In this document: piece after piece, positions 7,414-18,109 of the stretch
Layout of the letters: each line of letters starts with the position of its first letter
Numbering within the stretch: the first letter of the stretch is position 1
From: Patescibacteria group bacterium
Lineage (GTDB): Bacteria; Patescibacteriota; Gracilibacteria; UBA4473
Length of the DNA stretch: 64,000 nt
Direction: 5' to 3'
NCBI GenBank assembly: GCA_965660445.1
Contig: CBFIAK010000001.1
Coordinates: forward strand, 384,001 to 448,000
Translations under genes and position numbers: made by a program
Notes under the pieces: model-generated
What the model was told of the DNA's origin: nothing
The model's database searches: none
Seen by the model: the letters and a program-made list of their open reading frames with translations, nothing else

Positions 7414-9318
7414 GCACATATTCTGTATAGCATTACTTATATACGAAGCACTTATACCAGCGGAATGATATAACTCTTTTGGAGTTCCTGAAAGTTGATA
7501 GGATTGTACACCAAGAGATTCTGACTGAATAATGTTTTGAAGATTGTTCTTTTGTATGTATCGCAAAACACCAGCCCCAAGTCCGTTATATGGATTATGG
7601 TCTTCAACGGTTATGACTTTTTTTGTTTTCTGAATAGATCTGAGTAGCGTTTCGTCAAAATCTTTTGGAGAACTGGCGATAATAACTTCTATTGAATAAG
7701 AACTTTTTTCCAGTGCTTCAAGTACTTCTTGTACAATCGATCCACTACAAACAATCGTTATATCAGTGCCTTCTCGGTATATATCAGTTTTCCCGTATGT
7801 GAAAACATAGTCAGTATCATAAAAAGGAGTACCGTCTTTTTTCGTGAGAATAGGGAGCGGATGTCTCCCCATACGAACATAAAAGTTTCCGTAATGAGAT
7901 GCCACATATCGAATAATACGATCGCAATGGTTTGCATCAGCTGGTTCACAAATATAGGTATGGAAAAACCCCATAAATGATCCCATATCATCAATCGCTT
8001 GATGAGTTGGACCATCAGTTCCAACAGAAAGTCCACAATGGGTAGATACCATTTTTACGTTTGTTTGGTTTATATCGTTTACTCGTGCTTGGTCTTTTGC
8101 TCTGCTCGTCATAAACGCACCAAACGTAGAACAAAATGGAATAATACCTGAAAAAGAGAGACCGCCTGAGCAAGAAACCATGTTTTGCTCAGCAATACCG
8201 TATTCAATATGCTGTTGTGGAAGATCTTTTTCGATAACATTTGTCTTTACTGATCCTCCTAGGTCGGCTGTTTCTGCAAGAAGGTTTTTGTTTTTTTGAG
8301 CGAGATCAAGTAACGCGTTTCCATACGCTTTTCGACATGCAACTGGTTTTTCCGGTGTGTAAAGTCGAGGATCAGAATGTTCGATATCATATGGAGCAAG
8401 TCCTTTTGGTGACTCGAAAGCAACTGGATGAAACGATCGAGATTGTCTGAATGATTCCAAAACTTCTTGTTCTTCTAATGATATTTGAAACTGAGGAAGT
8501 GTTTGGTGTATCTGTTCGGAAGAAGGTGCTTTTCCATGCCATGTTGATTCAAGTTTTCGTCCATCGTTTTCCATAAATGGAACACCATGTCCCATGATAG
8601 TGTGTCCAATAATCAATGTTGGGGCAGATGTTGTGTGTGATTCTTGAATGGCTTGCCATATTTTTTCTGGGTCGTGACCATCAATACGCACTACGTGCCA
8701 TTGACCAGCTTCAAACATTTCTTGGATATGAATAGGAAGAATGTCTTCCAGAGACGATGAGAGTTGCACTCGATTATAGTCAACGAATACCGTCAGGTTA
8801 TTAAGTTTGTATTTTGCTGCAAAAAGCATCATTTCATGAACTTGACCTTCTTGGCATTCGCCATCACCGATAAGCGCAAACACTTGGTCTTGTTTACCAG
8901 TTTTTTTATACCCAAGCGCTATACCTGCAGCTGCAGAAACGCCAACTCCGAGTGGTCCGGTTCCGTACCATATTCCTGGTACATGACGGGTAACATGTCC
9001 TTCAAATATCGATCCAAATTGTCTGTATTGGCGAATAAGATTGTGATGTTCGAACGCACCGCATTCGGCAAGTACACTGTAGACCCCTGGAGATATATGC
9101 CCGTTAGAGATTACAACCGGTTCGTTTGTGTGTGAAATACGAAATGCATACAGCACACTTAAAAAATCGAGTGAAGAAAGTGATCCTCCGGGGTGTCCGG
9201 CTTGTGATGTTTCAAGCATTCTGAGAATCGTTGAAATACATGATTTTTTAAATATGTTCAGAAATTGAATACGGCTTGATCCGAGTTTGAAATTTGATTG
9301 TGGAAGAGAAAAATCCAT
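7405..9318 (-). CDS. tkt: Transketolase
   Basis: GHPGGSLS, TGPLG, GDGECQEG, GIAEQ, DGPTHQ motifs. Confidence 0.93.
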   Translation of the reverse strand: MDFSLPQSNFKLGSSRIQFLNIFKKSCISTILRMLETSQAGHPGGSLSSLDFLSVLYAFRISHTNEPVVISNGHISPGVYSVLAECGAFEHHNLIRQYRQFGSIFEGHVTRHVPGIWYGTGPLGVGVSAAAGIALGYKKTGKQDQVFALIGDGECQEGQVHEMMLFAAKYKLNNLTVFVDYNRVQLSSSLEDILPIHIQEMFEAGQWHVVRIDGHDPEKIWQAIQESHTTSAPTLIIGHTIMGHGVPFMENDGRKLESTWHGKAPSSEQIHQTLPQFQISLEEQEVLESFRQSRSFHPVAFESPKGLAPYDIEHSDPRLYTPEKPVACRKAYGNALLDLAQKNKNLLAETADLGGSVKTNVIEKDLPQQHIEYGIAEQNMVSCSGGLSFSGIIPFCSTFGAFMTSRAKDQARVNDINQTNVKMVSTHCGLSVGTDGPTHQAIDDMGSFMGFFHTYICEPADANHCDRIIRYVASHYGNFYVRMGRHPLPILTKKDGTPFYDTDYVFTYGKTDIYREGTDITIVCSGSIVQEVLEALEKSSYSIEVIIASSPKDFDETLLRSIQKTKKVITVEDHNPYNGLGAGVLRYIQKNNLQNIIQSESLGVQSYQLSGTPKELYHSAGISASYISNAIQNMCSR

Positions 9319-9418
9319 AAAAGATAAATATACAAAAATGTACTTGTATTGTATTCTGAATACAGAGAAAAGAAAAATTCGTTTTTCTTTTTACAAATCT
9401 ATATACTCCACATTGTTT

Positions 9419-10696
9419 ATGAAATACGTTTTTTATTCTCTCGTTTTTAGTTTCGTGACATTCTCGTCACTTGTTTTTGCGCAGAGCACATCTTTTGCGC
9501 CTCTTGTTATTCAAGATACTGGCAAAATTGAAAACTGTGGTATGAATAGGGAAGGAAAGATGGGCGTTCAGGATTTGCAATGTGACGTAGCGGAACTGAA
9601 GAAATGTGATGATGAACCAGGGTATACAAAACAAGCGTGTCGTATGCAGGTATGTGAAGACGCTGCAAAAAAGTTAGTGCAAGAAGCGTTTGAATTACCT
9701 CGGAATATATTATCAGAAGGTTTTTCACAAAACTTTAATACTGCTCGAGAATACAAAGACGCTTCTGATACAGGCAGTGTTTCGTATACAGGTATCGAAA
9801 AACGTATACAAGACAAAAAAAATAATATTCCTTCAGGGGCAGATATATATATGCAAACGGCTTGGAGTAACATTTCTGCAGAAGAATTTTATATACTTAC
9901 ACCAATCAATGAAACACGAACAACGTTTGATACCAGTACGAGACAATATAACTTAATAATGACCGATGTGCTTGATAATACAAAACAGATTATCAAACCG
10001 GTAGACATGAAGTTTTCAAACGGGACAAAAAACATGTTTTTAAGTAATGATGTCAGTAAACCTCTAGAAGAGCGTGCTATTGTTGCTAATGCCAGACGTG
10101 TACGAGAAAAACTGAATGAAAATATAAAAATTGCAGCTGAGTTTGCCAAAACGGCTTCTGACTCTGCCGCAACATATGATTTGGGGAGTGCGGAATATGA
10201 AAAATATAGGCAAGAATCAGCTGAATGGAAAGTTCGAGAAGAAGGCTGGCATATTGCAACCGCAGCACTTGACGCAGCTATCAATACTATTAATCAGCTT
10301 ATTGCAGAGAAAGAAGGAGCGTGTTTGCGTGCGGTTCAAGAAGAGTTAGGGCATTTAACACTCAAAGCTCTCGGAGAACGAACTCGATCGTTTAATATTG
10401 CTCAAAAATTAAGTGTGGGGCAAGAAGGAAAACTCACACTCCTTGATACGGATCCCATAACAGGGGAGCGGAGTGTGTTTGATAAAGTTATTCGATTTAT
10501 GGCTCAAATAACAGGAACACTAGCGGTCCTTTTAATTATTGTAGGTGCATTTTTGATGATTGTCGCTCGTGGAAGTGATGCATTACTGACGAAAGGAAAA
10601 AATATAGTTCTGTATACACTTGGGGGAGTGGTTTTAGTGTTTGTGAGTTATATTTTGGTGCAGTTTGTAATTTCATTCCTCTTTAGTATTGGATAA
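9419..10696 (+). CDS. Secreted protein with a C-terminal VirB2/TrbC-like (CPR) pilin domain
   Basis: Signal peptide from ATG 9419; C-terminal two-TM motif GTLAVLLIIVGAFLMIVARG...KGKNIVLYTLGG. Confidence 0.7.
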   Translation: MKYVFYSLVFSFVTFSSLVFAQSTSFAPLVIQDTGKIENCGMNREGKMGVQDLQCDVAELKKCDDEPGYTKQACRMQVCEDAAKKLVQEAFELPRNILSEGFSQNFNTAREYKDASDTGSVSYTGIEKRIQDKKNNIPSGADIYMQTAWSNISAEEFYILTPINETRTTFDTSTRQYNLIMTDVLDNTKQIIKPVDMKFSNGTKNMFLSNDVSKPLEERAIVANARRVREKLNENIKIAAEFAKTASDSAATYDLGSAEYEKYRQESAEWKVREEGWHIATAALDAAINTINQLIAEKEGACLRAVQEELGHLTLKALGERTRSFNIAQKLSVGQEGKLTLLDTDPITGERSVFDKVIRFMAQITGTLAVLLIIVGAFLMIVARGSDALLTKGKNIVLYTLGGVVLVFVSYILVQFVISFLFSIG

Positions 10697-10697
10697 T

Positions 10698-11888
10698 ATG
10701 AAACTTTTTTTTCGAAATATCGTTGTCATATCTCTTATGGTTTGGGCGTCATTCGTCTTTGCACAACAAGGAGGTGTGGTTAACGTCGTTCTTTCAACAA
10801 TTGATACCAACCCCGTAACAACCACCCCACTTAAAGTAAATATTAATTTTTCAGAACCCGTCAAAGGGTTTAATCCTGCTCTCAATAAACCCCATATTAT
10901 TATTTCACATCCTACTTATTCACAAGATAACCTTTCTCTCAAATGGAGTTGGGCGGTGCCCGATGTCAGTGGAGTTTTGGAAATCACGTTTAGTTCAGAT
11001 CCCAATATTCAGGATTCTCGTTTCGGAGAATACAAAATCGTCATACCTGCCGATATTACAAGTTCCGTATATCTCGATAAACCCAATGCACAATCAAATG
11101 AGCTCAAGATTGATTACCAACCCAATTGTGATAACGAGAATATGAGTGAATCAGAATTCTGTATCGAGTTTTCTGAAAGCATTGGGCAAAACAAAGTTAT
11201 TCGAAGTGATACCGGACTTGGGCTTTTTGGAGACTATGTAGTCATGATTTACCAATATGCCGCTTCTATTATTGGTGTTATATCGGTTCTCGTTCTTGTT
11301 GTTGGTGGGGTTATGATTATTATGGGAGGAGCAAGTACAGAAACGGTGAATACCGCCAAAGGAATTATAGGGAAAGCTTTAGTGAGCTTAGTTCTTTTGT
11401 TTCTCGTGGGGCTGATTTTAAAAACGATTAACCCTGCGTTTTATACGACTCACGAATGTGAAGACGGCATTGATAATGATGAAGACGGACTTTCCGATGA
11501 ACGAGACGAAGGATGTAAGGGATATGTTCCTGGGAGTGCTGATTTTACGTATTATGAAGCAAAGGCGGACGGGTTTGAATGTAGTAATAATAAAGATGAT
11601 GATGGTGATGGGCTTGTTGATGCTGATGATCCGGGGTGTTATTACCCAGCGACAAGTTTTAATCCGCGACAAGGTTCAGAATCTCGGTGTACACAAGAAC
11701 AACAATTATTCCAAGCTGCAGAACAAGATAAAGCCGCTGCACAAGATGCATTAGATGTTTGTATTGCCTCTACTGTTGCGGGGTATGCAAGAGGGAAATG
11801 TCCATTTGAAGAAGCTCGTGTTGCTCAAACAAATCAATTCTTCATAGGTGCAAAAGGTGAGTTAGAAGATTGTCAGGATCAGTCGTAG
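10698..11888 (+). CDS. VirB2-like pilin-domain protein with Ig-like N-terminus and DxDxDG Cys-bracketed repeats
   Basis: INFSEPVKGF (Ig-like); IIGVISVLVLVVGG...AKGIIGKAL...INP (pilin); ECEDGIDNDEDG and ECSNNKDDDGDG repeats. Confidence 0.7.
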   Translation: MKLFFRNIVVISLMVWASFVFAQQGGVVNVVLSTIDTNPVTTTPLKVNINFSEPVKGFNPALNKPHIIISHPTYSQDNLSLKWSWAVPDVSGVLEITFSSDPNIQDSRFGEYKIVIPADITSSVYLDKPNAQSNELKIDYQPNCDNENMSESEFCIEFSESIGQNKVIRSDTGLGLFGDYVVMIYQYAASIIGVISVLVLVVGGVMIIMGGASTETVNTAKGIIGKALVSLVLLFLVGLILKTINPAFYTTHECEDGIDNDEDGLSDERDEGCKGYVPGSADFTYYEAKADGFECSNNKDDDGDGLVDADDPGCYYPATSFNPRQGSESRCTQEQQLFQAAEQDKAAAQDALDVCIASTVAGYARGKCPFEEARVAQTNQFFIGAKGELEDCQDQS

Positions 11889-11932
11889 CTTTCAGTTGCA
11901 TTTCTTTCTCAAAACCCGTATGAACAAAAGGT

Positions 11933-12853
11933 ATGAGTCTTGTTGAAACAGTTCGTTCGTTTCTTGTATCTGAATCATTAGAGCAGAAGCCTTTGTGTGT
12001 AGCGGTATCGGGAGGAATTGATTCTTCTGTGTTATTTGATGTGTTGTTGCAGTGCGTCGATGTACGTTTGATTTCGGTGTTTCATGTGCATCATGGAGTG
12101 AGAGCACAATCAGATATAGAATACGAGTTTCTCAAAACTCAGTGTGAAAAAAAAGGAGTTCCGTTTTATGGGTATATGGTAAAAAATGTGCCCAATGCTA
12201 ATAAAGAATCGTTTTGGCGTGACCAAAGGCGTTTGTATGCTCAAGAGGTATTGCAACACACTGGTGCCGATAGAGTTTTAACAGCTCATCATGCAACAGA
12301 TTTAGTAGAAACTATGCTTTTTCGTATGACAAAAGGGTGTGGTGTTGATGGGTTAAGTCCGTTTGATATATCAACTAAACCTTTGTGGAGTGTTCCAAAA
12401 TCAGAGATTAAAGAATATGCTCAACGGCATAATGTTTTATATCAAGAAGATGAATCAAATCAAGATACGCAGTATGCGAGAAATAGGATTCGTCATAACG
12501 TTATACCTGAACTTCGTATTATTACTCCGAATATAGAAAAAGTTATGGTCCATGAATCGCTTCTTTTTCAAGAAGTGTCAGACTATATAAATATTCAGGT
12601 GCGTGATTTTTTAAAAAAGTATGCCAATGGCATACCTCTCAATATATTTACAAACCAACCAAAGCTTCTTCAGCGAGAAGTGTTTCGGCAAGAAGCATCT
12701 TCTTCTATGAGTTTTTCAGAAACAGAAGATGCTCTGCGTTGGATTAATGGGAATGTACGTGGGAATTCTAAAAAACAGATAGGCGGAAAATTATGGACCG
12801 TTAAAAAAGGAATTCTTTTCAAAGGAAAGGGGGACGAAAGCCCCCCCTCTTAA
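11933..12853 (+). CDS. tilS: tRNA(Ile)-lysidine synthetase
   Basis: AVSGGIDS PP-loop, HHGVR, TAHHATD, DESN...RNRIRH. Confidence 0.93.
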   Translation: MSLVETVRSFLVSESLEQKPLCVAVSGGIDSSVLFDVLLQCVDVRLISVFHVHHGVRAQSDIEYEFLKTQCEKKGVPFYGYMVKNVPNANKESFWRDQRRLYAQEVLQHTGADRVLTAHHATDLVETMLFRMTKGCGVDGLSPFDISTKPLWSVPKSEIKEYAQRHNVLYQEDESNQDTQYARNRIRHNVIPELRIITPNIEKVMVHESLLFQEVSDYINIQVRDFLKKYANGIPLNIFTNQPKLLQREVFRQEASSSMSFSETEDALRWINGNVRGNSKKQIGGKLWTVKKGILFKGKGDESPPS

Positions 12854-12862
12854 ATACCTTTT

Positions 12863-13930
12863 TTAGAGACAAAAGTTTCGAACTGCTTGTACGGCACATG
12901 TATACTCATAACCATCAACAAGACGTTTTTCACATACTTGCGCGGTAATGACTCCGTCTTTGATGTAATAACTATTGCGTTGTGTAACATCTGAGATGTA
13001 ATCGAGCCCCGAGAATTTTTGGTTGTAGTCGTATTCTACACAGATAACTTCACTGTGAAAATCGGCATCAAGATCAGTTTCCCATATCTTTATGTTTTTG
13101 TATCCACCAAATAACGGTTTTCGTTTCGAAAGTTCACTCATCATGTATTCGTTTCCAGATGTACATTTTTTATCAGAAACGAGATTACAAGCGGTTTCAA
13201 AATCGTTTTTTGAAAACGAATCAAAATAAGACTCAACAATACCTACTCCTGATGAGATGTTTTCTTGAGTGTCTTGAGTTTCCTCTTCTTTTGGGGCGGT
13301 TCCAAAGAATTCTTCTTCATTTATTTCGTCTTCAAGTACGGTATTATCTTCATCAATCGGTTCTTGTGTTGTTGCGATTGGGGTTTGAGGGACTGTTTTT
13401 TCTTGTACTATTTGTTGATTTGATTGTTGTTGAATGGTGAGATAGATAATAATATCGGGAACAAGACTCAAAAGAAATACAAAAATAATCAGTGCATACT
13501 GAAGTTTGTCTGTCGACAAGCTCAGTTTCGAAGATGTTTTTTCTGCGTTTTTTGGAATACTTGCTGAAACTTTTTGAGACGTTTTTTCTTGTTTTCCGTC
13601 TTCTTTTTTCTCTTCAGTTTGTTGAGGCGCTTCGGTTTCTTTTGTAGATGGCGTTTCCTCTTCTTCAAGAGATAATGACGTTTCAGGTGTTTTGTTTTGA
13701 GTGGTTTCCGTCTGAGCCTCTATTGCTTTATTATCTTCAGTTTTTTCAAGAGTATCTTGTGTTTTTTCAACCGTTTTTTTGTGTTTCTTTTTTTGAAAAA
13801 GTGACTGAATAAACGAAATAGCCATAATCTTTGATTTGAGTTTTTCAAACGCTGACGGCTCTTTTTTAACACCTCGCTGAATTGGATCTGGTCTTTTCAT
13901 GGGAACAAATAGATTAATAAATCTCATCAT
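12863..13930 (-). CDS. Hypothetical single-TM membrane protein with Cys-containing C-terminal domain
   Basis: Long ORF, central TM helix, acidic linker. Confidence 0.7.
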   Translation of the reverse strand: MMRFINLFVPMKRPDPIQRGVKKEPSAFEKLKSKIMAISFIQSLFQKKKHKKTVEKTQDTLEKTEDNKAIEAQTETTQNKTPETSLSLEEEETPSTKETEAPQQTEEKKEDGKQEKTSQKVSASIPKNAEKTSSKLSLSTDKLQYALIIFVFLLSLVPDIIIYLTIQQQSNQQIVQEKTVPQTPIATTQEPIDEDNTVLEDEINEEEFFGTAPKEEETQDTQENISSGVGIVESYFDSFSKNDFETACNLVSDKKCTSGNEYMMSELSKRKPLFGGYKNIKIWETDLDADFHSEVICVEYDYNQKFSGLDYISDVTQRNSYYIKDGVITAQVCEKRLVDGYEYTCAVQAVRNFCL

Positions 13931-14043
13931 TGTATCATATTTCTTTTAAAAAAACAAGAGCAATCTATAGCGCTTCTGTCTTATCTTTGGAATACAAAAA
14001 AAATATATTTTTAAGAATACAAAAATAGGATATAATGGGAGGT

Positions 14044-15660
14044 ATGAAACATCAGAAATTTATTTTCGTCACTGGTGGTGTGTGTTCAAGCTTAGGAAAA
14101 GGGATTGTTGCCTCTTCTACCGCATCAATTCTTAAATCTGCTGGTGTGCAGGTGGGAATGATGAAACTCGATCCGTATTTAAATGTTGATCCGGGAACAA
14201 TGAGTCCGTTTCAGCACGGAGAAGTGTTTGTATTAGACGATGGAGGGGAAACAGATCTTGATTTAGGGCACTACGAACGGTTTACAGACATTCCATTGCA
14301 GAAATTCTGTTCTATTACAACTGGAAAAATTTATTCTGAAGTGCTCAAAGAAGAACGAGACGGGAAATATTTGGGCGGAACGATTCAAATTGTTCCTCAT
14401 ATAACGACGAAAATTATTTCTAAAATTGAGAAAGCAGCGCAAAAACTAAAAACAGATGTACTGGTGCTCGAAATTGGAGGAACGGTTGGGGATATTGAGG
14501 GCGAACCGTTTATAGAGGTCGTCCGTCAGATGCAACGAAAATATGGGAAGAATGTATTAACCATGCATTTGACGTTATTACCCTTTTTAGCAGCATCAAA
14601 TGAACTGAAAACAAAACCAACACAACTTTCCGTAAGGGAATTGCGTCGTTTAGGAGTTTCTCCAGATATTATCTTTACCCGTGCTGATGTAAGAATCCCA
14701 AAAGAGTTATTAAAAAAAGTATCTTATTTCTGTGATGTTGATGAAAAAGCAGTTATTCCTGCTCAAACAGTCAGTTCTATTTACGAAGTACCTTTACGGT
14801 TTCAGAAACACGGTTTAGGATCCATTATTGCTGAGAAATTAGATTTGGGAAATCTTGAGTTTGATATGTCAATGTGGGAAGAAGGTATCACGCATATAAA
14901 AAATGCAAAAGAAGAAATTTCTATTGGGCTTGCTGGTAAATACAATGATTTAGATGATGCGTATATATCAGTTATTGAAGCATTGAAGGCTGCCGGATTT
15001 TTTTATACGAAAAAGGTGTCTATTGTGTGGATTGATACAGAGAAAATAGAGAATAATGACCCAGATGAGTTTCAAAAACTTCAAGATGTGAGTGGAATTG
15101 TTGTTCCTGGTGGGTTTGGAAACCGTGGAATAGAAGGAAAAATAAAAGTTGCACAGTTTTGCAGAGAACACAAAAAACCATATTTAGGGTTATGTTTGGG
15201 GTCTCAAATTATGGCTATTGAGTTCGCTCGAAATGTATTAGGCATTACTGATGCAACAAGTGAAGAATTTGATGAAGAAGGAAAGTCTCAACATCATATT
15301 ATTCATTTTATTCCAGAACAACGAGATGTTCAGCAAAAAGGAGCGAGTATGCGGTTAGGAGCATATCCATGTCTTATTCAAAAAGGAACAAAAGCATATG
15401 ACATATATCAATCAGAAAAAATATCAGAACGACATCGTCATCGGTTTGAGTTTAATAATCAATACCGAACACAGTTTGAATCACATGGGTTTTGTATATC
15501 AGGGGAATCACCTGATAAAAAACTTGTAGAAATCGTTGAAATTTCAGATCATCCTTTTATGGTTGCGTGTCAGTTCCATCCTGAATTTACAAGTAGACCG
15601 TTTCGTCCACATCCTTTGTTTCGATCTTTTATGGACTCTGTATTAAAGAAGAAGTCTTGA
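14044..15660 (+). CDS. pyrG: CTP synthase
   Basis: KFIFVTGGVCSSLGKG, DPYLNVDPGTMSP, GLCLG, QFHPEF. Confidence 0.98.
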   Translation: MKHQKFIFVTGGVCSSLGKGIVASSTASILKSAGVQVGMMKLDPYLNVDPGTMSPFQHGEVFVLDDGGETDLDLGHYERFTDIPLQKFCSITTGKIYSEVLKEERDGKYLGGTIQIVPHITTKIISKIEKAAQKLKTDVLVLEIGGTVGDIEGEPFIEVVRQMQRKYGKNVLTMHLTLLPFLAASNELKTKPTQLSVRELRRLGVSPDIIFTRADVRIPKELLKKVSYFCDVDEKAVIPAQTVSSIYEVPLRFQKHGLGSIIAEKLDLGNLEFDMSMWEEGITHIKNAKEEISIGLAGKYNDLDDAYISVIEALKAAGFFYTKKVSIVWIDTEKIENNDPDEFQKLQDVSGIVVPGGFGNRGIEGKIKVAQFCREHKKPYLGLCLGSQIMAIEFARNVLGITDATSEEFDEEGKSQHHIIHFIPEQRDVQQKGASMRLGAYPCLIQKGTKAYDIYQSEKISERHRHRFEFNNQYRTQFESHGFCISGESPDKKLVEIVEISDHPFMVACQFHPEFTSRPFRPHPLFRSFMDSVLKKKS

Positions 15661-15691
15661 AAAGTATTGATTTATATGGTATAATTGTACG

Positions 15692-16894
15692 ATGATTATT
15701 CCTCAAACACCCACTCCTGCGATTCAAAAGTTTTATTTTGAGTCTATGAGTGAATCTGGTAAACAAGTAACCGGATATATTTTTGCTGAGAATCAAACAA
15801 TTGCTCGTGAAAAGCTCAATGATAATGGGATGGTTGTTATGACTTTGCAGTTATATAAAGAAAAACCTCTTCCTGATGGTGTAAAGAAGTATGAGTTTGA
15901 GGCAATGGATAAAAATGGAAAAATGTTTCATGGGGAAATTGAGAGTGAAGACGATTATCAAGCTTATAAGAAACTTGTTTCTGATTATAAATTTACTGTT
16001 AATTTTATTGTGAATACTTCTTGGGATGATGCAAAAAAAGAAGAATGGAAAAAGAAAGGTGTTAATCCTTCATGGGCTATTCAGGTTCAAGAAGAGAAAT
16101 CAAAAGAAAAAGATACGCCTTCGTTTGCTTCTGTTGTGCAGCATGAAGATGATGATCAGAACAAAAAAATACAAACCATTCTTCAAGAAAAACAAGAACG
16201 AATGGAGTTTTTGCAGAAACAAATTGATGAAATAATAGCGAAAGTTCAATTATTGATTAAGAAACACGAACAAATATTACAACCTGAAAAAAGACGATAT
16301 ATTCAAGGAACGCTTGATAGAATGTCTCGTTTAAAACGTTCTAATTCGGTAGAACATTTAAAGAATATTATGTTAGAATTGTTTGAATTATTATCAAGTG
16401 ATGATATTTTTGTGAACTTGCAGGGGGAAATGCTTGAAGAAATGGACGCTATTAAAGGAGAATTTAAAACTTTTTCTCTTGGGTTTTCTAATAAAATTAA
16501 TAGAGGGCTTTCTTCTATTAAAATTGATACAAAAGAAATACAAGAAACTTTTTCAAAACTGATGAATATGTCACATGTTTTCGATGAGGTGTTGAGTATA
16601 TTCCTTTGGCTGTGTATAGGAGGTGTTGGGGGGAGTTTTCTATTTCTTGTAGGACAATATATCAGATCTTTGGTTATTGGTGATTCTACGATTATTTTGT
16701 TTTATCTGAGTTCGTGGTTTATTTGGTTTTTCGTATGGGTGTCTTCTCTTTTAGGAACAGGACTCTGGGCTGAAAGAAAATATGGTCTTTCTCTACCGTT
16801 GTCTCAGAATCTATTAGCCGTTTTTGTAGGACTTATTCTTTTTATTGTGGCTCTTATTCAGTTTCCAGTCCTCTTTTTCTGGGTTCGGTTTTAA
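15692..16894 (+). CDS. Membrane protein with two PilC-N-terminal-like modules, coiled coil and C-terminal TMs
   Basis: FYFESMSESGKQVTGYIFAEN...AREKL and YEFEAMDKNGKMFHGEIESED...AYKKL. Confidence 0.55.
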   Translation: MIIPQTPTPAIQKFYFESMSESGKQVTGYIFAENQTIAREKLNDNGMVVMTLQLYKEKPLPDGVKKYEFEAMDKNGKMFHGEIESEDDYQAYKKLVSDYKFTVNFIVNTSWDDAKKEEWKKKGVNPSWAIQVQEEKSKEKDTPSFASVVQHEDDDQNKKIQTILQEKQERMEFLQKQIDEIIAKVQLLIKKHEQILQPEKRRYIQGTLDRMSRLKRSNSVEHLKNIMLELFELLSSDDIFVNLQGEMLEEMDAIKGEFKTFSLGFSNKINRGLSSIKIDTKEIQETFSKLMNMSHVFDEVLSIFLWLCIGGVGGSFLFLVGQYIRSLVIGDSTIILFYLSSWFIWFFVWVSSLLGTGLWAERKYGLSLPLSQNLLAVFVGLILFIVALIQFPVLFFWVRF

Positions 16895-16905
16895 TCACAA
16901 ATAAT

Positions 16906-16939
16906 AAAAAAACACTGATGCATTGATCGGTGTTTTTTT
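16906..16939. terminator. Bidirectional intrinsic terminator
   Basis: A-tract, aacactgat/atcggtgtt stem, T-tract between convergent genes. Confidence 0.75.
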
Positions 16940-16967
16940 GAATGATTTCTTTTAGAAAGTCTTGTGT

Positions 16968-17333
16968 TTATACACTTACCTTTTTTGATTTTCGAGCAAC
17001 ATCGACGACTTTTTCAAATACTTGTGGATACTGAACGGCTAGTTCAGATAAGTTTTTTCGATCAACATTCATTTGAGCATGAAGCCATTGATTTTTAACT
17101 TCAGAATATCGAAGCCCAATAGCACGAAGTGCAGAAGAAATACGAGTAATCCAAAGTCGTCGGAAATCTCGTTTCTTTTGTTTTCGTCCTACATAGGCAT
17201 GCATTCCGGCTTTCATGAAAGCTTGATGTGCTAATCGAAATGTAGAATGATTTTTACCACGATATCCCTTTGTGGCTTTACGAACTTTTCGATGTCGTTC
17301 TCGTGTAGCTGGACCGCTTGTAACTCGTACCAT
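16968..17333 (-). CDS. rplT: 50S ribosomal protein L20
   Basis: KGYRG, RKQKKRDFRRLWITRI. Confidence 0.97.
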   Translation of the reverse strand: MVRVTSGPATRERHRKVRKATKGYRGKNHSTFRLAHQAFMKAGMHAYVGRKQKKRDFRRLWITRISSALRAIGLRYSEVKNQWLHAQMNVDRKNLSELAVQYPQVFEKVVDVARKSKKVSV

Positions 17334-17533
17334 TATTGTGAAATATTAAGAAGTCGTGAAAGTGTTTTCATGTGTCCTGCTGGAGCAGCAAGCCCGAGAA
17401 CACCTGATTTTTTTTGTCGTTTTGATTTAGAACTCAAAAGATGATTTTTGCATGATTTCTGAAACAAGAGTTTCCCAGAACCTGTGCGTTTGATTCGTTT
17501 TTTGAGACCGGAATGTACTTTTATTTTAGGCAT
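17333..17533 (-). CDS. rpmI: 50S ribosomal protein L35
   Basis: MPKIKVHSGLKKRIKRTGSGK; infC-rpmI-rplT order. Confidence 0.96.
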   Translation of the reverse strand: MPKIKVHSGLKKRIKRTGSGKLLFQKSCKNHLLSSKSKRQKKSGVLGLAAPAGHMKTLSRLLNISQ

Positions 17534-17542
17534 ATGAATGAA

Positions 17543-18109
17543 TTACTTTAATGATTTACACGGCTTAACGACAGCAATAATTTGATGAGAGGAAAGCTTT
17601 GGTTCGGACTCAAGTTGACCTTCTCCTGATAAAAGATGAATGAAGGCGTTTGTTTTTTCAAGTGCTAAGTCTTTATGAGCTTTTTCCCGTCCTTTCATGA
17701 GCAGTTGAATCTTTACAGAATGACCTTCTGATAAAAATTCTTGTGCCTTTTCTGCTTGACGATGCATATCCCCGTCTCCCATACGGAAGGTAAGGCGGAT
17801 ACCTTTCATTTCAAGTGGTTTATTGGCAAGTTTCTTTTTTTGCTCTTTCTTTTGGAGAGAATAAAGCATTTTTCCGTAGTCGCATAATCGACATACAGGT
17901 GGCACTGCCTTTGATGATATTTCAATAAGATCAACCCCTTTTTCTTTTGCCATCGAAAGTGCATCTTCAAGAGATACAACCCCCAATGGTTCTTCATTTA
18001 CGTCAAGTAAACGCACTTCTTGCGCACGAATCTCTTCGTTTGTCCGATGCTGTTTTTTAGGCTTCGGATTGAAGTTTTGTTTTTTGTGTCGACCCCTGCG
18101 AAATGAAAT
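17543..18109 (-). CDS. infC: Translation initiation factor IF-3, probable ATT start
   Basis: Frame is open upstream of the track's GTG (18016) through the conserved NEEIRAQEVRLLD; in-frame ATT at 18109 and ATA at 18115. Confidence 0.93.
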   Translation of the reverse strand: MSFRRGRHKKQNFNPKPKKQHRTNEEIRAQEVRLLDVNEEPLGVVSLEDALSMAKEKGVDLIEISSKAVPPVCRLCDYGKMLYSLQKKEQKKKLANKPLEMKGIRLTFRMGDGDMHRQAEKAQEFLSEGHSVKIQLLMKGREKAHKDLALEKTNAFIHLLSGEGQLESEPKLSSHQIIAVVKPCKSLK

